From an uncultured Gemmatimonadales bacterium (lineage in GTDB: Bacteria > Gemmatimonadota > Gemmatimonadetes > Gemmatimonadales > Gemmatimonadaceae), in contig OY969695.1 of assembly GCA_963701965.1 (NCBI GenBank), forward strand, positions 5,024,001 to 5,088,000: DNA of 64,000 nt. Reading direction: 5' to 3'. The notes beneath the pieces were generated by a model that was given only the letters and a program-made list of their open reading frames with translations, was not told the DNA's origin and ran no database searches. The position numbers were made by a program, and so were the translations under genes. Shown here piece by piece: positions 23,843 to 33,825 of this stretch. How positions within the stretch are numbered: position 1 is the first letter of the stretch; each line of letters starts with the position of its first letter.

Positions 23843-24829
23843 GTGTCGATCGCCGTCCTCGAACCGAGTCCGACGCCACCCGTGCCTGGCACGGGGATCG
23901 ACGTCAGCGTGCTGGTGCCGGCCAAGGATGAGGCGGAGAACCTGCCGGCGTTCATGGAACAGGCCGAGGCGGCATTTCGGGGCAGTGCGGCCACGTTCGA
24001 GGTCATCGTCGTGGACGATGGCTCGGTCGACAGCACGTGGACGGTGCTCGGGGCGCTCGCCGAGCGCTACCCGTTCCTCCGCCGCGTGCAGCACCGGCGA
24101 CGGCGGGGCATCGCCGACGCGCTCCGCACCGGGTACTTGCACGCGCGCGGCGACGTGTTGGTGTTCTACCCGGCGGATCTCCAATACAAGCCCGAGGATA
24201 TTCCGCGCCTCGTCGCGCCGATTCTCGCGGGCGAGTCGGACATGGTCACGGGGTTCAAGCAAGGCAAGTATGAGAAGGCGTTCGTCTCTAGCGTCTACAA
24301 CTGGCTGAGCCGCTCGCTGTTCGAGGTGCCGGTGCGGGACCTGAATTCCGTGAAGGCGTACCGGCGCGCGATCATGGAACAGCTGCCGGTGCGTCCGGAC
24401 TGGCATCGCTACATGATCGTGATCGCGGCGGCGCAGGGGTTCACGGTCACGGAGATCCCGATCCCGCTCTATCCGCGGAACGCGGGCCACTCCAAGTTCG
24501 GCCGCTCGCGCATCCTCGTGGGCGTGCTCGACATGCTCTCGGTCTGGTTCGAGCTCCGGTTCGGCCGCAAGCCGCTGCTGCTCTTCGGCCTCCTCGGCGC
24601 GCTCCTGTTCTCTCTCGGCGTGCTCACGGGCATCGTCGCGCTCCTGATGCGGTTCGTGATTCCACCGTATCAGGGATTCCGCCCGCTGCTCAACCTGATT
24701 GAAGTCTGTCTCATTCTCGGATTCCTGTCGTTCGCCACCGGGCTCCTCGGCGAGCAGATCGCCGGGCAACGCGCCGAGTTGCGCGAGCTCCGGCGCGAGC
24801 TGGAATTTCGGGACCGCAACGACGGCTGA
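23843..24829 (+). CDS. GT2 polyprenol-phosphate glycosyltransferase (ArnC/GtrB-like) with C-terminal TM helices
   Basis: SVLVPAKDE, VVDDGSVD, ADLQY.PEDIP, two C-terminal hydrophobic helices. Confidence 0.88.
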   Translation: MSIAVLEPSPTPPVPGTGIDVSVLVPAKDEAENLPAFMEQAEAAFRGSAATFEVIVVDDGSVDSTWTVLGALAERYPFLRRVQHRRRRGIADALRTGYLHARGDVLVFYPADLQYKPEDIPRLVAPILAGESDMVTGFKQGKYEKAFVSSVYNWLSRSLFEVPVRDLNSVKAYRRAIMEQLPVRPDWHRYMIVIAAAQGFTVTEIPIPLYPRNAGHSKFGRSRILVGVLDMLSVWFELRFGRKPLLLFGLLGALLFSLGVLTGIVALLMRFVIPPYQGFRPLLNLIEVCLILGFLSFATGLLGEQIAGQRAELRELRRELEFRDRNDG

Positions 24830-24831
24830 CG

Positions 24832-24856
24832 CAGCGCGGCGACTGACGCCGCGCTG
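24832..24856. terminator. GC-rich hairpin immediately after the GT2 stop (possible terminator)
   Basis: CAGCGCGGCG-ACTGA-CGCCGCGCTG, perfect 10-bp stem; no U-tract. Confidence 0.4.
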
Positions 24857-24938
24857 ACGCTCCACATACACGGTGGTCCTTTCCGCGTTGCGGCGCGTTT
24901 TTCGGCGCGCCTATCATTGTAGAGACGGAGGATGACCC

Positions 24939-25183
24939 ATGGAAGACTATTCGCACCTGAGCGAAGAAGAGGCCGCCCGTATGGACGCCGAGGATCGCGC
25001 CAACGATCCGGACGATGGCGTTCGACTACGACGAAATCTTCGCAGAAATTCGAGGCCGAGAAACGCGGCGAAGGCCCGCCGTCGATTCGCATCCAGTCCC
25101 CGGAACAGCTCACTGCACTCTTGACGCAATGGACGGACGAAGCGGTGGCAAGAGTGCGGGGACGCAATGGCCGCAAGGATTGA
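24939..25183 (+). CDS. Small acidic putative antitoxin, broken by two 1-base insertions
   Basis: GGAGG RBS; frames join to MEDYSHLSEEEAARMDAEDRANDP-TMAFDYDEIFAE-FEAEKRGEGPPSIRIQSPEQLTALLTQWTDEAVARVRG; overlaps the downstream toxin start. Confidence 0.55.
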
Positions 25184-25601
25184 TGTCAAATCGAGAGTGT
25201 ATCGGGACATCGATGCACTCATGTGGTCCGTGGCGAGACACCCGCGAGGGCAACCCGATGCGCGGCGACACGATATCGATGCGGCTATCGACGTGATCGC
25301 GGACACTCCGATGCTCTCGCCCATTGGCGCAAGGCGCCGTCGTACGCGCATCGACCTTCGTCGACGCAACGTTCGTCAGTTCGCGATACTGTACCACTAC
25401 GAACCGCCATCGCCCACCGACCCCGACGGGGTCGTGTCGATCCGGGCGGTGCGACATGCACGGGTCGCCAACGTCTTTCGCGGCGTCTACGAGATTCCCG
25501 TCCTGCGCTACGGCATCACACGAAATCCGATGGCCGCGCCAGGCCACGGGTTACCACCGCGCGTGGATCGGAGCACTTGGGACAGAGCCTCCGGCGTTTA
25601 A
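25167..25601 (+). CDS. RelE/ParE-superfamily toxin-like protein
   Basis: Basic; 'IDAAIDVIADTPMLSP...LRRRNVRQFAILYHY...VVSIRAVRHAR' ParE/RelE-like layout. Confidence 0.6.
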   Translation: MAARIDVKSRVYRDIDALMWSVARHPRGQPDARRHDIDAAIDVIADTPMLSPIGARRRRTRIDLRRRNVRQFAILYHYEPPSPTDPDGVVSIRAVRHARVANVFRGVYEIPVLRYGITRNPMAAPGHGLPPRVDRSTWDRASGV

Positions 25602-25827
25602 TGCGGTGCAGGCGCCGCTCAAACCGGCGCGTGACGCCGAGCCACGTGCGCGCGAGCTGGAAGGAGATGCCCGCGCGTTTGATCGCGCGGCGTGAGCGGG
25701 GAGGCGCGGCCCGCGCGGTGATGCGCGATGCGGCTGCTCGAGATCGGTGGAGAAGCCGAGGTAGTGGCGGGCGTGGTAGTATGGTCTGTCGAAGTGCAGC
25801 AGGTACACCGTGCCGTACTTCGACCAT
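25516..25827 (-). CDS. Small GIY-YIG-like nuclease with three 1-base insertions (sequencing error or pseudogene)
   Basis: Joined frames: MSKYGTVYLLHFDRPYYHARHYLGFSTDLEQ-RIAHHRAGRASPLT-RAIKRAGISFQLARTWLGVTRRFERRLHRIKRRRLCPKC. Confidence 0.65.
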   Translation of the reverse strand: MVEVRHGVPAALRQTILPRPPLPRLLHRSRAAASRITARAAPPRSRRAIKRAGISFQLARTWLGVTRRFERRLHRIKRRRLCPKCSDPRAVVTRGLARPSDFV

Positions 25828-25900
25828 CGTTGCGGTGTCGTCGTCGTATCCTCCGTGTCAGGCCCCTCATCTATCCTGACACGTCAGACGCCCCCGAGGA

Positions 25901-26956
25901 TCAATTTCTCGGCAAACGAATTCCGTAACGACCGAGGAAGAGCGCCAACTCTTCGGTGAGTGGCGAGCCCGCCTCGCTCCGGGAGCGCCCGGCCAGATCC
26001 AGCCAGTACGCCCCGCGGCGCCGCAGCTCCTGCCGGGCCCCGTCATCGAGCGCCACCTCGCTCAAGACCGTATCGCCCGCCGCCGCCAGGGACGTGACGG
26101 CCATGGCGTCGTCGGCCCGCACCCACAGGAGCCGCCACGTCTTGGCGAGCGTATAGGTCCGGAACGGCGGCGTCTCCGCGATGCGGACTTCTTTGTACGC
26201 CGCGAACCGGTCGAACTCCGACACGATCGTGCGCACCAACTCCACCTTTTCCTCGGCGCTCACCGCGCGGGGAAACGCCGGTGCCGAGCGGATGACCTTG
26301 GCGGGCGTTCCCACGGCCAGGCTGCACGGCGGAATGCTGCCCGCCACCAGCGAGTTCGCGCCGATCACCGAGCCATCGCCGATCGTCGATCCCGGCATGA
26401 CGAACACGCGCCAGGGGAGCCAGACACTCTTGCCGAGCGTGACCCCCTCGTACGTCGCCTGATACCCGTCCAGCACGTTGAGCCAGGCCCCGTGCGTGAA
26501 GATCAGGCAGTGGCCGCCGATCCCGGTATCGTCGCCAATGATGACCGGCTTGGTCGCGTTGATGTTCGCCAGCTGCAGCACGATCGTCCGCGAGCCCAGG
26601 GAGAAACGGGATTCCGGCAGCGTCGGCCCGCCGACGTAGACCTGTTCCCGAATCCGCGCGTCCTCGCCCAACTCGATCCGCTCGCACGACACATAGCTCA
26701 TCGTGCCGACGCTCGAATGTCTCCCGATCGTGATGGACCGTCCCTGGACGATCGCCAGGAGACCAATCTCGACGTGATCGCCGAGCTCCACGTCGCGGCC
26801 CACGACTACGCCGCCGAACGCGATCTTGACCCCGCGTCCGATCCGATAGTGTAAAAAAGTGCGATAGGCCCAGACCTTGATCGGGCTGGGCATCCAGCCG
26901 AACAGCGCCAGATGCCGGAGCGGGAGCCGGGACGACGGGATGAGCGTCTTCGCCAT
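25901..26956 (-). CDS. Hexapeptide-repeat (LbH) acyltransferase
   Basis: IGRGVKI, IGDDTGIG, IFTHG, TIGDGSVIGANSLV, GTPAKVIR; start MAKTLIP at 26956. Confidence 0.85.
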   Translation of the reverse strand: MAKTLIPSSRLPLRHLALFGWMPSPIKVWAYRTFLHYRIGRGVKIAFGGVVVGRDVELGDHVEIGLLAIVQGRSITIGRHSSVGTMSYVSCERIELGEDARIREQVYVGGPTLPESRFSLGSRTIVLQLANINATKPVIIGDDTGIGGHCLIFTHGAWLNVLDGYQATYEGVTLGKSVWLPWRVFVMPGSTIGDGSVIGANSLVAGSIPPCSLAVGTPAKVIRSAPAFPRAVSAEEKVELVRTIVSEFDRFAAYKEVRIAETPPFRTYTLAKTWRLLWVRADDAMAVTSLAAAGDTVLSEVALDDGARQELRRRGAYWLDLAGRSRSEAGSPLTEELALFLGRYGIRLPRN

Positions 26957-27014
26957 GTTCAGGCGGATAGTACTTGGTTCGTAGCACGTCCGCCTAGGTG
27001 TGTATATTCCCCAC

Positions 27015-28407
27015 GTGCTGCGACTCTCGCCGGCCGCGGCGGGCCTAGCCCCGGGCCTCTCGCCCGAAGAGCGCTTCGCGCTCGACATCCTTGTCGACCA
27101 GTCCCGTCTCCTCCGGGTCGAGGATGCCACCGCCGACGTCGTGACCCTCGACGTGGCCGAGTCGGCACACGCCCCGAACCTCGCGGGCTGGGCCGCCGGC
27201 GCCTGGGGCTACACCGTCACCAGCGGCGTCGTGACCATCGCGCACATGGGCGTTGCGCCACGTCGCGACCATCGCCGGAGGCGCCGAGCAGGCCGCGACC
27301 GCACGCGACCGCCACGGCCGGGTGCCGTCGTCCGCCAATCCCTTGGTCGCCGCCGGCCTCGAACGGCGCCCGGTGGTGACCGAGGCGGCCACGGCCCTAC
27401 GGATTGCCGTCACGCACGCCGCCGAGCGGCGCGCCGTCGGCATCATCGCCCCGTGGCCCAACGGCTCCCGATGGGCCGCGGCCGTCACCCACGATGTCGA
27501 CGTCGTCGCCGGCTGGCCCCTCTTCACGGCCCTCCGCGTCGCCGAGCTCCTCACCAAGGGTCAGGGAAAGCGCGCCGCGCGCGCGACCCTAGCCGCCGCC
27601 ACCGCCGCATTCGGCGATCCGGCGTGGGAGGGATCCGCCGATGTGTTGGCCCGCGAAGGCCGCCGGAGCGTCGTGTCGACCTGGTTCTTCCTCTGCGGCA
27701 CCCCGACGCTGGCCACGTGGCGCGCCGGCGATCTCACCTACCGGCCCGAGTCACCGGCCGTCCGGCGTCTCCTCGATGCCGTCCTCGCCGCCGGCGGCGA
27801 GATCGGGTTGCACGGCAGCTTCGCCACCTATGACGACGACACCGGTGATCGATTCGCCGGCCAACGAGAGCGCTTGGCCACACTGGCGGCGCGTCCGGTG
27901 ACCGGCGTGCGCCAGCACTATCTCCGTCTCCGCCCCGAAGCCACGCCGCGCGCGATGCACGCGGGGGGATTCCGCTACGACGCCACCTATGGCTTCGCCG
28001 ACCGCAACGGCTTTCGTCTGGGCAGCGCCAATGTCGTGCCGGCGTTGGGCGCCGCGATCGACGAAGTCCCGCTGGTCTGGATGGACCGCGCCTTGAGCAA
28101 GTACCGCGGCATCGAAGATCCCAACGCGTGGATCGACGACGCCGCATCGCTCGCCGCCGCCGCCCGTGCCGTCGACGGCCTGTGGGTCGGCCTCTGGCAT
28201 TGCAACCTGACACCGGCCCTCGGCTACCCCGGCGCGCCCGACGCCTATGAGCGGCTGCTCGCCCTCATTACGGCCGAACGCCCGTGGATCGCGACCATGG
28301 ATCGCATCGTCAGCTGGCGCCGCGCCCGGCGCGCCGTGCGAGCGACCACCGTCGCCCCAGACGGCCGCTGCGTCCTGACCGACCACACGATCGTCCTCGA
28401 ACGCTAG
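27015..28407 (+). CDS. Polysaccharide deacetylase (CE4/DUF7033-like), frameshift near 27250
   Basis: VTHDVD, EIGLHGS, GVRQHYLR, YDATYGF, LWHC; N-terminal part in another frame, joined by removing one G in ATGGG. Confidence 0.75.
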
Positions 28408-29600
28408 GGCTGCGCGAGGCTCTGGTACACCGCCGCGAACTGCTCGACAATGTGCGGCCAACTAAAGCGCTCGACGATCAGCTGCCGCCCCGCTTCACCG
28501 AGCCGCGCCGTGAGCGCGCGGTCGTCGATCAGTCGGGCCAGCGCGCCCGCCAACGACGCCGCGTCGTTCGGCGGGACCAGCAGTCCCGTGACCTCGTGCT
28601 CCACGATGTCCGTAATGCCCCCGAGCGCTGTGGTGACTACCGGCACGTGGTAGCTCATGGCCTCGAGGAGCACCATGCCCAGCCCCTCGGTATCCCCGCG
28701 CTCATCGACCACCGCCGGTAACGCGAACGCCGTCGCCGATGCATAAGCATCGTGCAGCTCCCCGGGCGTGACCCAGCCCCGGAAGGCGATGGCCGGCGCC
28801 CGCGCGCTGGCGCGGGCGCGCGCCTCGAGCGCCGGCCGGTCCGGCCCATCGCCGATGATGACCAGCCGCGCGTTGATCGTCTCCGGCAGGAGCCCCATGG
28901 CATCGATGAGATATCCCACGCCTTTGCGCTCGACGAGGCGCCCGACGAAGAGAATCGTTGCTGCCGCCGGCAAAGCCGGCGTATCCGCGGCCGGCGTCTC
29001 CGCCGGCATCTCCACGGCGTACGGGATGATCTCCACCGGGACACCGGGCGCCAGACGCTCCACCTCGCGCGCCGTGCTCGTCGAGATCGCGATCACGCGG
29101 TCCGCCGTCATGATCGCCCGGCGCAGAAATCCCCGCAGCGCCGGCAACCGCCGGTTGACCCATCGGAGCTCGATCGAGTAGAACTGCATGATGAGCCGAG
29201 TGCGGCGCCGGGCCAGTCGCGCCACCCAGCCGAAGAGCGCGTGGGGCAGGGGCCAGTGCACGTGCACGATGTCGTATCGCTCACGCCGCTGCAGGCGCCA
29301 CATCGCGATCGAACCGAACAGCAGGTAGAACGCCGGCAACATCGTATAGAAGAGGGACCGCCGCATACGGTCCGGCGCCGACTCCTCGTGCGTCAGGTTC
29401 TCCCACCGCGCGAAGAAGTAGCGGAAGCGATGGATCGGGATGCCATCGAGCGTCGCGTTGCCGCCGCCGCGGTAGGCCGACGTGAAGACGTCGATATCGT
29501 ATCCCACCGCGCGGAGCCGGCGTATAGTCTCGGCCAGCCATTTGACGGTCGGGTCGTCGGCGTCCCGGGGAAAGGCCGTCGAAACCACGAGGATGCGCAC
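28404..29600 (-). CDS. GT4 glycosyltransferase
   Basis: DIVHVHW, LFVGRLVERKG, EGLGMVLLEAM; likely GTG start at 29600. Confidence 0.92.
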   Translation of the reverse strand: MRILVVSTAFPRDADDPTVKWLAETIRRLRAVGYDIDVFTSAYRGGGNATLDGIPIHRFRYFFARWENLTHEESAPDRMRRSLFYTMLPAFYLLFGSIAMWRLQRRERYDIVHVHWPLPHALFGWVARLARRRTRLIMQFYSIELRWVNRRLPALRGFLRRAIMTADRVIAISTSTAREVERLAPGVPVEIIPYAVEMPAETPAADTPALPAAATILFVGRLVERKGVGYLIDAMGLLPETINARLVIIGDGPDRPALEARARASARAPAIAFRGWVTPGELHDAYASATAFALPAVVDERGDTEGLGMVLLEAMSYHVPVVTTALGGITDIVEHEVTGLLVPPNDAASLAGALARLIDDRALTARLGEAGRQLIVERFSWPHIVEQFAAVYQSLAQP

Positions 29601-29682
29601 GCGGCAAAGTTGGGGGACCGGCTCACACGCCGCAACGCGATTGGACGATAGCGCGTTACGGGAATTATACTTCCCGACCATC

Positions 29683-30666
29683 ATGGACAGTGCCGTGCGC
29701 CCGGGAGGGCGAGCAGGTCGGTCGCGGATGCTCCTGCCCGTGCTCCAGGCGGTCGCGCTGGCGGCAGCCGTGGTGTTTCTTGCACGGATGACGCGCTCCT
29801 ATTGGGGCACCGTCACCAGCGTCCCCATCACGCTGGCGTGGGGACCGCTGGCGCTGGCCTCCCTTGTGTGGTACGTGAGCTTCGTCCAGCTCGTGCAGTC
29901 CTGGTCGTCGAGCCTCACGTGGTGGGGATGGCACGTGCAATGGTATGAAGGGCTCCGGATGTTCTTCTTCTCCAACCTCGCGCGCTACATCCCCGGCGGT
30001 ATCTGGCAGTTCGCCGGTCTCGCCGCGCTGGCCGCCAATGTCGGCGCGTCGCCCGTTGCGGCGTCGGCTGCGGTGTTGCTGCTCCAGCTCGTGTTGCTGA
30101 TTACCGGGTTCCTGCTCACCCTCGGCGCGACGCCCGATGCCCTCGGGCCCTGGGCCTCGGCTCTCGGCACCCATGCCCGGGCCATCGTCGGCGGTGTCGC
30201 CGCGATCGTGCTCGTCTTCGGTTTCCCGCGCGCACTCCCGTGGGTCCGCACGCGCGCCGAGCGGTTGCTCAAGCGCGCGGTACCACTGCCGATCCCGCCG
30301 CTCGGGCCGTGGATCGTCTACTGCGCCCGCTGCGCGGTCGCGTGGGCAGGGTACGGGATCTCATTCTGGATGTTTTGCCACAGTATCCTCGGGCCCTCCG
30401 TCCCCGGCGTCTGGTTCACCTCCAGCGCCTATGTCGCGAGCTACCTGATCGGACTCTTGGCGGTGTTCGCGCCCGGCGGGATCATCGTGCGGGAAGCCGC
30501 CCTCGTCATCGCGTTGCGCGGCGAGCTCGGGCCGGAGCGCGCCCTCCTCGTCGCCGTCGGATCGCGCCTCTGGTTGATCGCCCTGGAGGTGCTCGGCGCG
30601 TTGGTGCTGATGGGCATCGACCGCGTCGCCGCGAGTCGGCGGCGGACACTCTCACCGCGTACATGA
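29683..30666 (+). CDS. Lysylphosphatidylglycerol-synthase-TM/flippase-like membrane protein
   Basis: Multi-TM; SNLARYIPGGIWQ and FAPGGIIVREAAL motifs. Confidence 0.75.
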   Translation: MDSAVRPGGRAGRSRMLLPVLQAVALAAAVVFLARMTRSYWGTVTSVPITLAWGPLALASLVWYVSFVQLVQSWSSSLTWWGWHVQWYEGLRMFFFSNLARYIPGGIWQFAGLAALAANVGASPVAASAAVLLLQLVLLITGFLLTLGATPDALGPWASALGTHARAIVGGVAAIVLVFGFPRALPWVRTRAERLLKRAVPLPIPPLGPWIVYCARCAVAWAGYGISFWMFCHSILGPSVPGVWFTSSAYVASYLIGLLAVFAPGGIIVREAALVIALRGELGPERALLVAVGSRLWLIALEVLGALVLMGIDRVAASRRRTLSPRT

Positions 30667-33110
30667 CCACTTCCAAGACCGCGAACGCGACCGTACGGGC
30701 GCCCGTCGCCACGCCTCCGTATCCCGCGGCCGTGGCCGCCGCGGTGTACGCGTTGGCGACACTGGCCCTCATGTATCCCGCCCTCACCGGGCGCTTTCTG
30801 GTCAATCCGATGAGCGACATGCTCGTCGGTGCCACCTATCGCACCTTCGGTGGGGAGTGGCTGCGGCAGACCGGACATTTCGCGCAGTGGGACACCTATC
30901 TCCTGGGCGGCATCCCGTTCATGAACGGGCAGCACGGCGACATGTTCTATCCCGTCCTGCTCTTCCGCACGCTCTTTCCGATCAATGTCGCGATCAACCT
31001 GTCGTTCGCGTCGCACATCTTTCTGGCCGGGCTCTTCGCGTATTGCTTCCTGAGGGCCTATGGCCTCTCGTTCTACCCGGCCCTGACCGGCGGCGCCGGC
31101 TACATGTTGTGCGGACAGATCGCGTCCCTGGTATCGCCGGGACACGACGGCAAGCTGTACGTGAGCGCGCTCGCCCCGTTGCTCCTCTGGATGCTCGTGC
31201 GCGGCATGCGCGATGGACGAAACTGGGCGTGGGGCGTCATCGCCATCACCACCGCACTCTGCATCCTGTCGCCGCACGTGCAAATGACGTACTACCTCGG
31301 CGTGCTGGCGATCGGGTTCACGTTCTATCTGGCATTTCAGAAAGGGGAGGGGGCCCTCGAGCCCGCGACCCGCTGGCGCCGGCTGATCGCGGCCGGTCTC
31401 GCGGCCGGGCTGGGGCTGGCGTTGGCCGCGGTCGCACTCTTTCCGCTGTTCGGCTATCTCCCCGTGTCGCCGCGCGGCGGCCAGGGGCGGGGATACGAGT
31501 ACGCCACATCGTGGGCCATGGCGCCGGAGGAGCTCCTCAACGGGTACCTCCCGCAGTTCTCCGGCGTGCTGGAGAAGTATTGGGGGCAGAACCCCTTCAA
31601 GCTGCACAGCGACTATCTCGGCGCCGCGCTCCTCATGCTGAGCGGGGCCGCCGTGGGGACGAAGCGGCGGTCGTTCGCGTGGTTCTGGGTCGCCTCCATC
31701 GTCCTGGCGCTCTTGGTCAGCTTCGGCGGTCACACGCCGTTCTACCATCTCTGGTATCTCCTCCCGATGATGAAGCAGGTGCGCGCTCCCGCGCAGATGT
31801 TCTTCATCGTGTGCCTGGCCGTGTCGGTCCTCGCGGCCTTGGGCGTGGAGCGTCTGCTCGACCAGGCCGTGCCCCGCCGCTACTGGATCTGGTGGGGCGC
31901 GGCGGCCGGGCTCGTGGCCCTCATTGCCACGGCAGGCGGATTCGAGGCCCTGGGGCAAGCCCTGGCCATGCCGGGGCGCAGCGAGGCCGTCGCCGAGAAT
32001 GCGTCGGCCGTGTTGTTGGGCGCATGGCGGTCGTTCGCCGTCATCGCCCTGGCCGTGCTCTTGGTGCTCGCCTGGTACGCCGGCCGTGTTCCGGCCGCCG
32101 CGATGGCGTGGGGCCTCGTGGCCATCGTCCTCGTCGACGAGTGGAGCGCGGCGCGTCCCTTCTTCAAGTTCTCGGCGCCGGCGTCGGAGCTGTACCGGGT
32201 CGACCCCGCGACCGACTACTTGATGCATCTCAAGGAGCCCGGGCGCACGGTCGCATTGCCGCTCAGCGACTCCACGATCGCGGGCGATCCGCTGTTCGAC
32301 GGCGATGCCCTGATGTTGCACCGCGTGCGGACAGTGACCGGGCACGAAGCCGACGAGCCCCAATCGTGGGTCGACCTGGCCGGTGGCAAATCTCCGGCGC
32401 CGCCGCGGCGGATCACCGATCCCAACTTCCGGCGCCTGGCCAACGTGAAGTACTGGCTCACGAACGTCGACTTGCCCGCCGTCGTGCCCCAACTCGGCGA
32501 CCTCAAAGTCACCAAGCTGGTCGGCCCGGTGCCGGACGCGGTGGGGAATGCCCTGCGCCTGTACGCGATCGATGAGAGCAACCCGCCCGCCTGGCTCGCG
32601 CCGGTCGTCGTGAAGGCCGAGCCGCCGCAGATCCTGGCGACGGTGCTCGACGGGCGGTTCGATCCCCGGACTGCGGCGCTGTTCGACACGACGTTGCATG
32701 CCAATGGCGTGGCACTCACGACGCCTCCGGCGCCGCTCGACATCCCGGTGACCGTGCCGCGCTACGACAACGGTCACATCACCGTGCAGCTCGGCGCGCC
32801 GGCGCCGGCCGGATCCGCGCTCGTGGTCTCCGAGAACTACTATCACGGGTGGGAGGCGACCGTCGACGGGAAACCCGCCGCAACTGCCCGCGCCGACTAC
32901 ACGTTCATCGGCGTGCCGCTGCCCGCGGGCGCCCGGACCGTGGATCTCACGTTCCACGACCTCGATTTCGCCAAGGGCGTGAAGGTGACGTTGCTGGCCA
33001 TCCTCGTAACGGCGGGGTGGATGGTCGGCGGGATAGTGGTCGATCGGCGACGGGCGCGGACGGCCGGATCGAACGCGGCGGGACCAAGCCCGGCGAGTCC
33101 GCGTGGCTGA
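30663..33110 (+). CDS. YfhO-family multi-TM protein (GT-C-type glycosyltransferase)
   Basis: QWDTYLLGGIPF, FYP, HVQMTYY, and C-terminal LVVSENYYHGWEATVDGK...ADYTFIGVPLPAGARTVDLTF typical of YfhO. Confidence 0.85.
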   Translation: MTTSKTANATVRAPVATPPYPAAVAAAVYALATLALMYPALTGRFLVNPMSDMLVGATYRTFGGEWLRQTGHFAQWDTYLLGGIPFMNGQHGDMFYPVLLFRTLFPINVAINLSFASHIFLAGLFAYCFLRAYGLSFYPALTGGAGYMLCGQIASLVSPGHDGKLYVSALAPLLLWMLVRGMRDGRNWAWGVIAITTALCILSPHVQMTYYLGVLAIGFTFYLAFQKGEGALEPATRWRRLIAAGLAAGLGLALAAVALFPLFGYLPVSPRGGQGRGYEYATSWAMAPEELLNGYLPQFSGVLEKYWGQNPFKLHSDYLGAALLMLSGAAVGTKRRSFAWFWVASIVLALLVSFGGHTPFYHLWYLLPMMKQVRAPAQMFFIVCLAVSVLAALGVERLLDQAVPRRYWIWWGAAAGLVALIATAGGFEALGQALAMPGRSEAVAENASAVLLGAWRSFAVIALAVLLVLAWYAGRVPAAAMAWGLVAIVLVDEWSAARPFFKFSAPASELYRVDPATDYLMHLKEPGRTVALPLSDSTIAGDPLFDGDALMLHRVRTVTGHEADEPQSWVDLAGGKSPAPPRRITDPNFRRLANVKYWLTNVDLPAVVPQLGDLKVTKLVGPVPDAVGNALRLYAIDESNPPAWLAPVVVKAEPPQILATVLDGRFDPRTAALFDTTLHANGVALTTPPAPLDIPVTVPRYDNGHITVQLGAPAPAGSALVVSENYYHGWEATVDGKPAATARADYTFIGVPLPAGARTVDLTFHDLDFAKGVKVTLLAILVTAGWMVGGIVVDRRRARTAGSNAAGPSPASPRG

Positions 33111-33825
33111 ACGGTCACTCATCATCCTTCCGACCTACAACGAGCGCGAGAACCTGCAGCGTCTCGTGCCCTGTGTTCTGGGGCAGGACCCCACGTTCGA
33201 CATTCTGGTGGTCGACGACGGGTCGCCCGACGGGACGGGCGAAGTCGCCGACGCCATCGCGGCGGAAGAGCCCCGGGTGCACGTGCTGCATCGGGCCGGG
33301 AAGATGGGACTGGGGACCGCCTACATCGCCGGGTTTCGGTGGGCGTTGGCGCGGGACTACGCCTACGTGTTCGAGATGGACGCTGATTTCTCGCACGATC
33401 CGGCGCACCTGGCTGACTTTCGCCGGCGGATCACCGAGGCGGACATCGTCCTCGGCTCGCGCTACAACCGGGGGCGGGTCACCGTCGTCAACTGGCCGAT
33501 GTCGCGGCTCCTCTTGAGCTATGCGGCCAATCTGTACGTGCGCTGGGTGACGCGACTGCCGTTGGACGATGCCACCGGCGGCTTCAAGTGCTTTCGGCGG
33601 GAGTTGCTGGAGCGGATGGACCTCGACGCCGTGCGGTCCAACGGCTACGCCTTCCAAATCGAGATGAGTTATCGGGCGTGGAAGCGCGGGTGTCGCATCG
33701 TGGAGATCCCTATCGTGTTCGTGGACCGGGCTGACGGCGTCAGCAAAATGTCGCCGCGGATCGTGCGGGAAGCGATCTGGATGGTCTGGCGGCTCCGCTG
33801 GTGGTCGCTGACGCGTCGGCTGTGA
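33103..33825 (+). CDS. Polyprenol monophosphomannose synthase (Ppm1/DPM1-like GT2)
   Basis: PTYNEREN, DDGSPDGTG, GLGTAYIAGF, EMDADFSH, DATGGFKCFR, SNGYAFQIE. Confidence 0.9.
   Translation: MAERSLIILPTYNERENLQRLVPCVLGQDPTFDILVVDDGSPDGTGEVADAIAAEEPRVHVLHRAGKMGLGTAYIAGFRWALARDYAYVFEMDADFSHDPAHLADFRRRITEADIVLGSRYNRGRVTVVNWPMSRLLLSYAANLYVRWVTRLPLDDATGGFKCFRRELLERMDLDAVRSNGYAFQIEMSYRAWKRGCRIVEIPIVFVDRADGVSKMSPRIVREAIWMVWRLRWWSLTRRL

Noticed and set aside
26961..26995. AGGCGGA...TCCGCCT inverted repeat as an ncRNA or riboswitch
   Set aside because: Only a 7-bp stem in a ~58-bp divergent intergenic gap, with no known RNA motif
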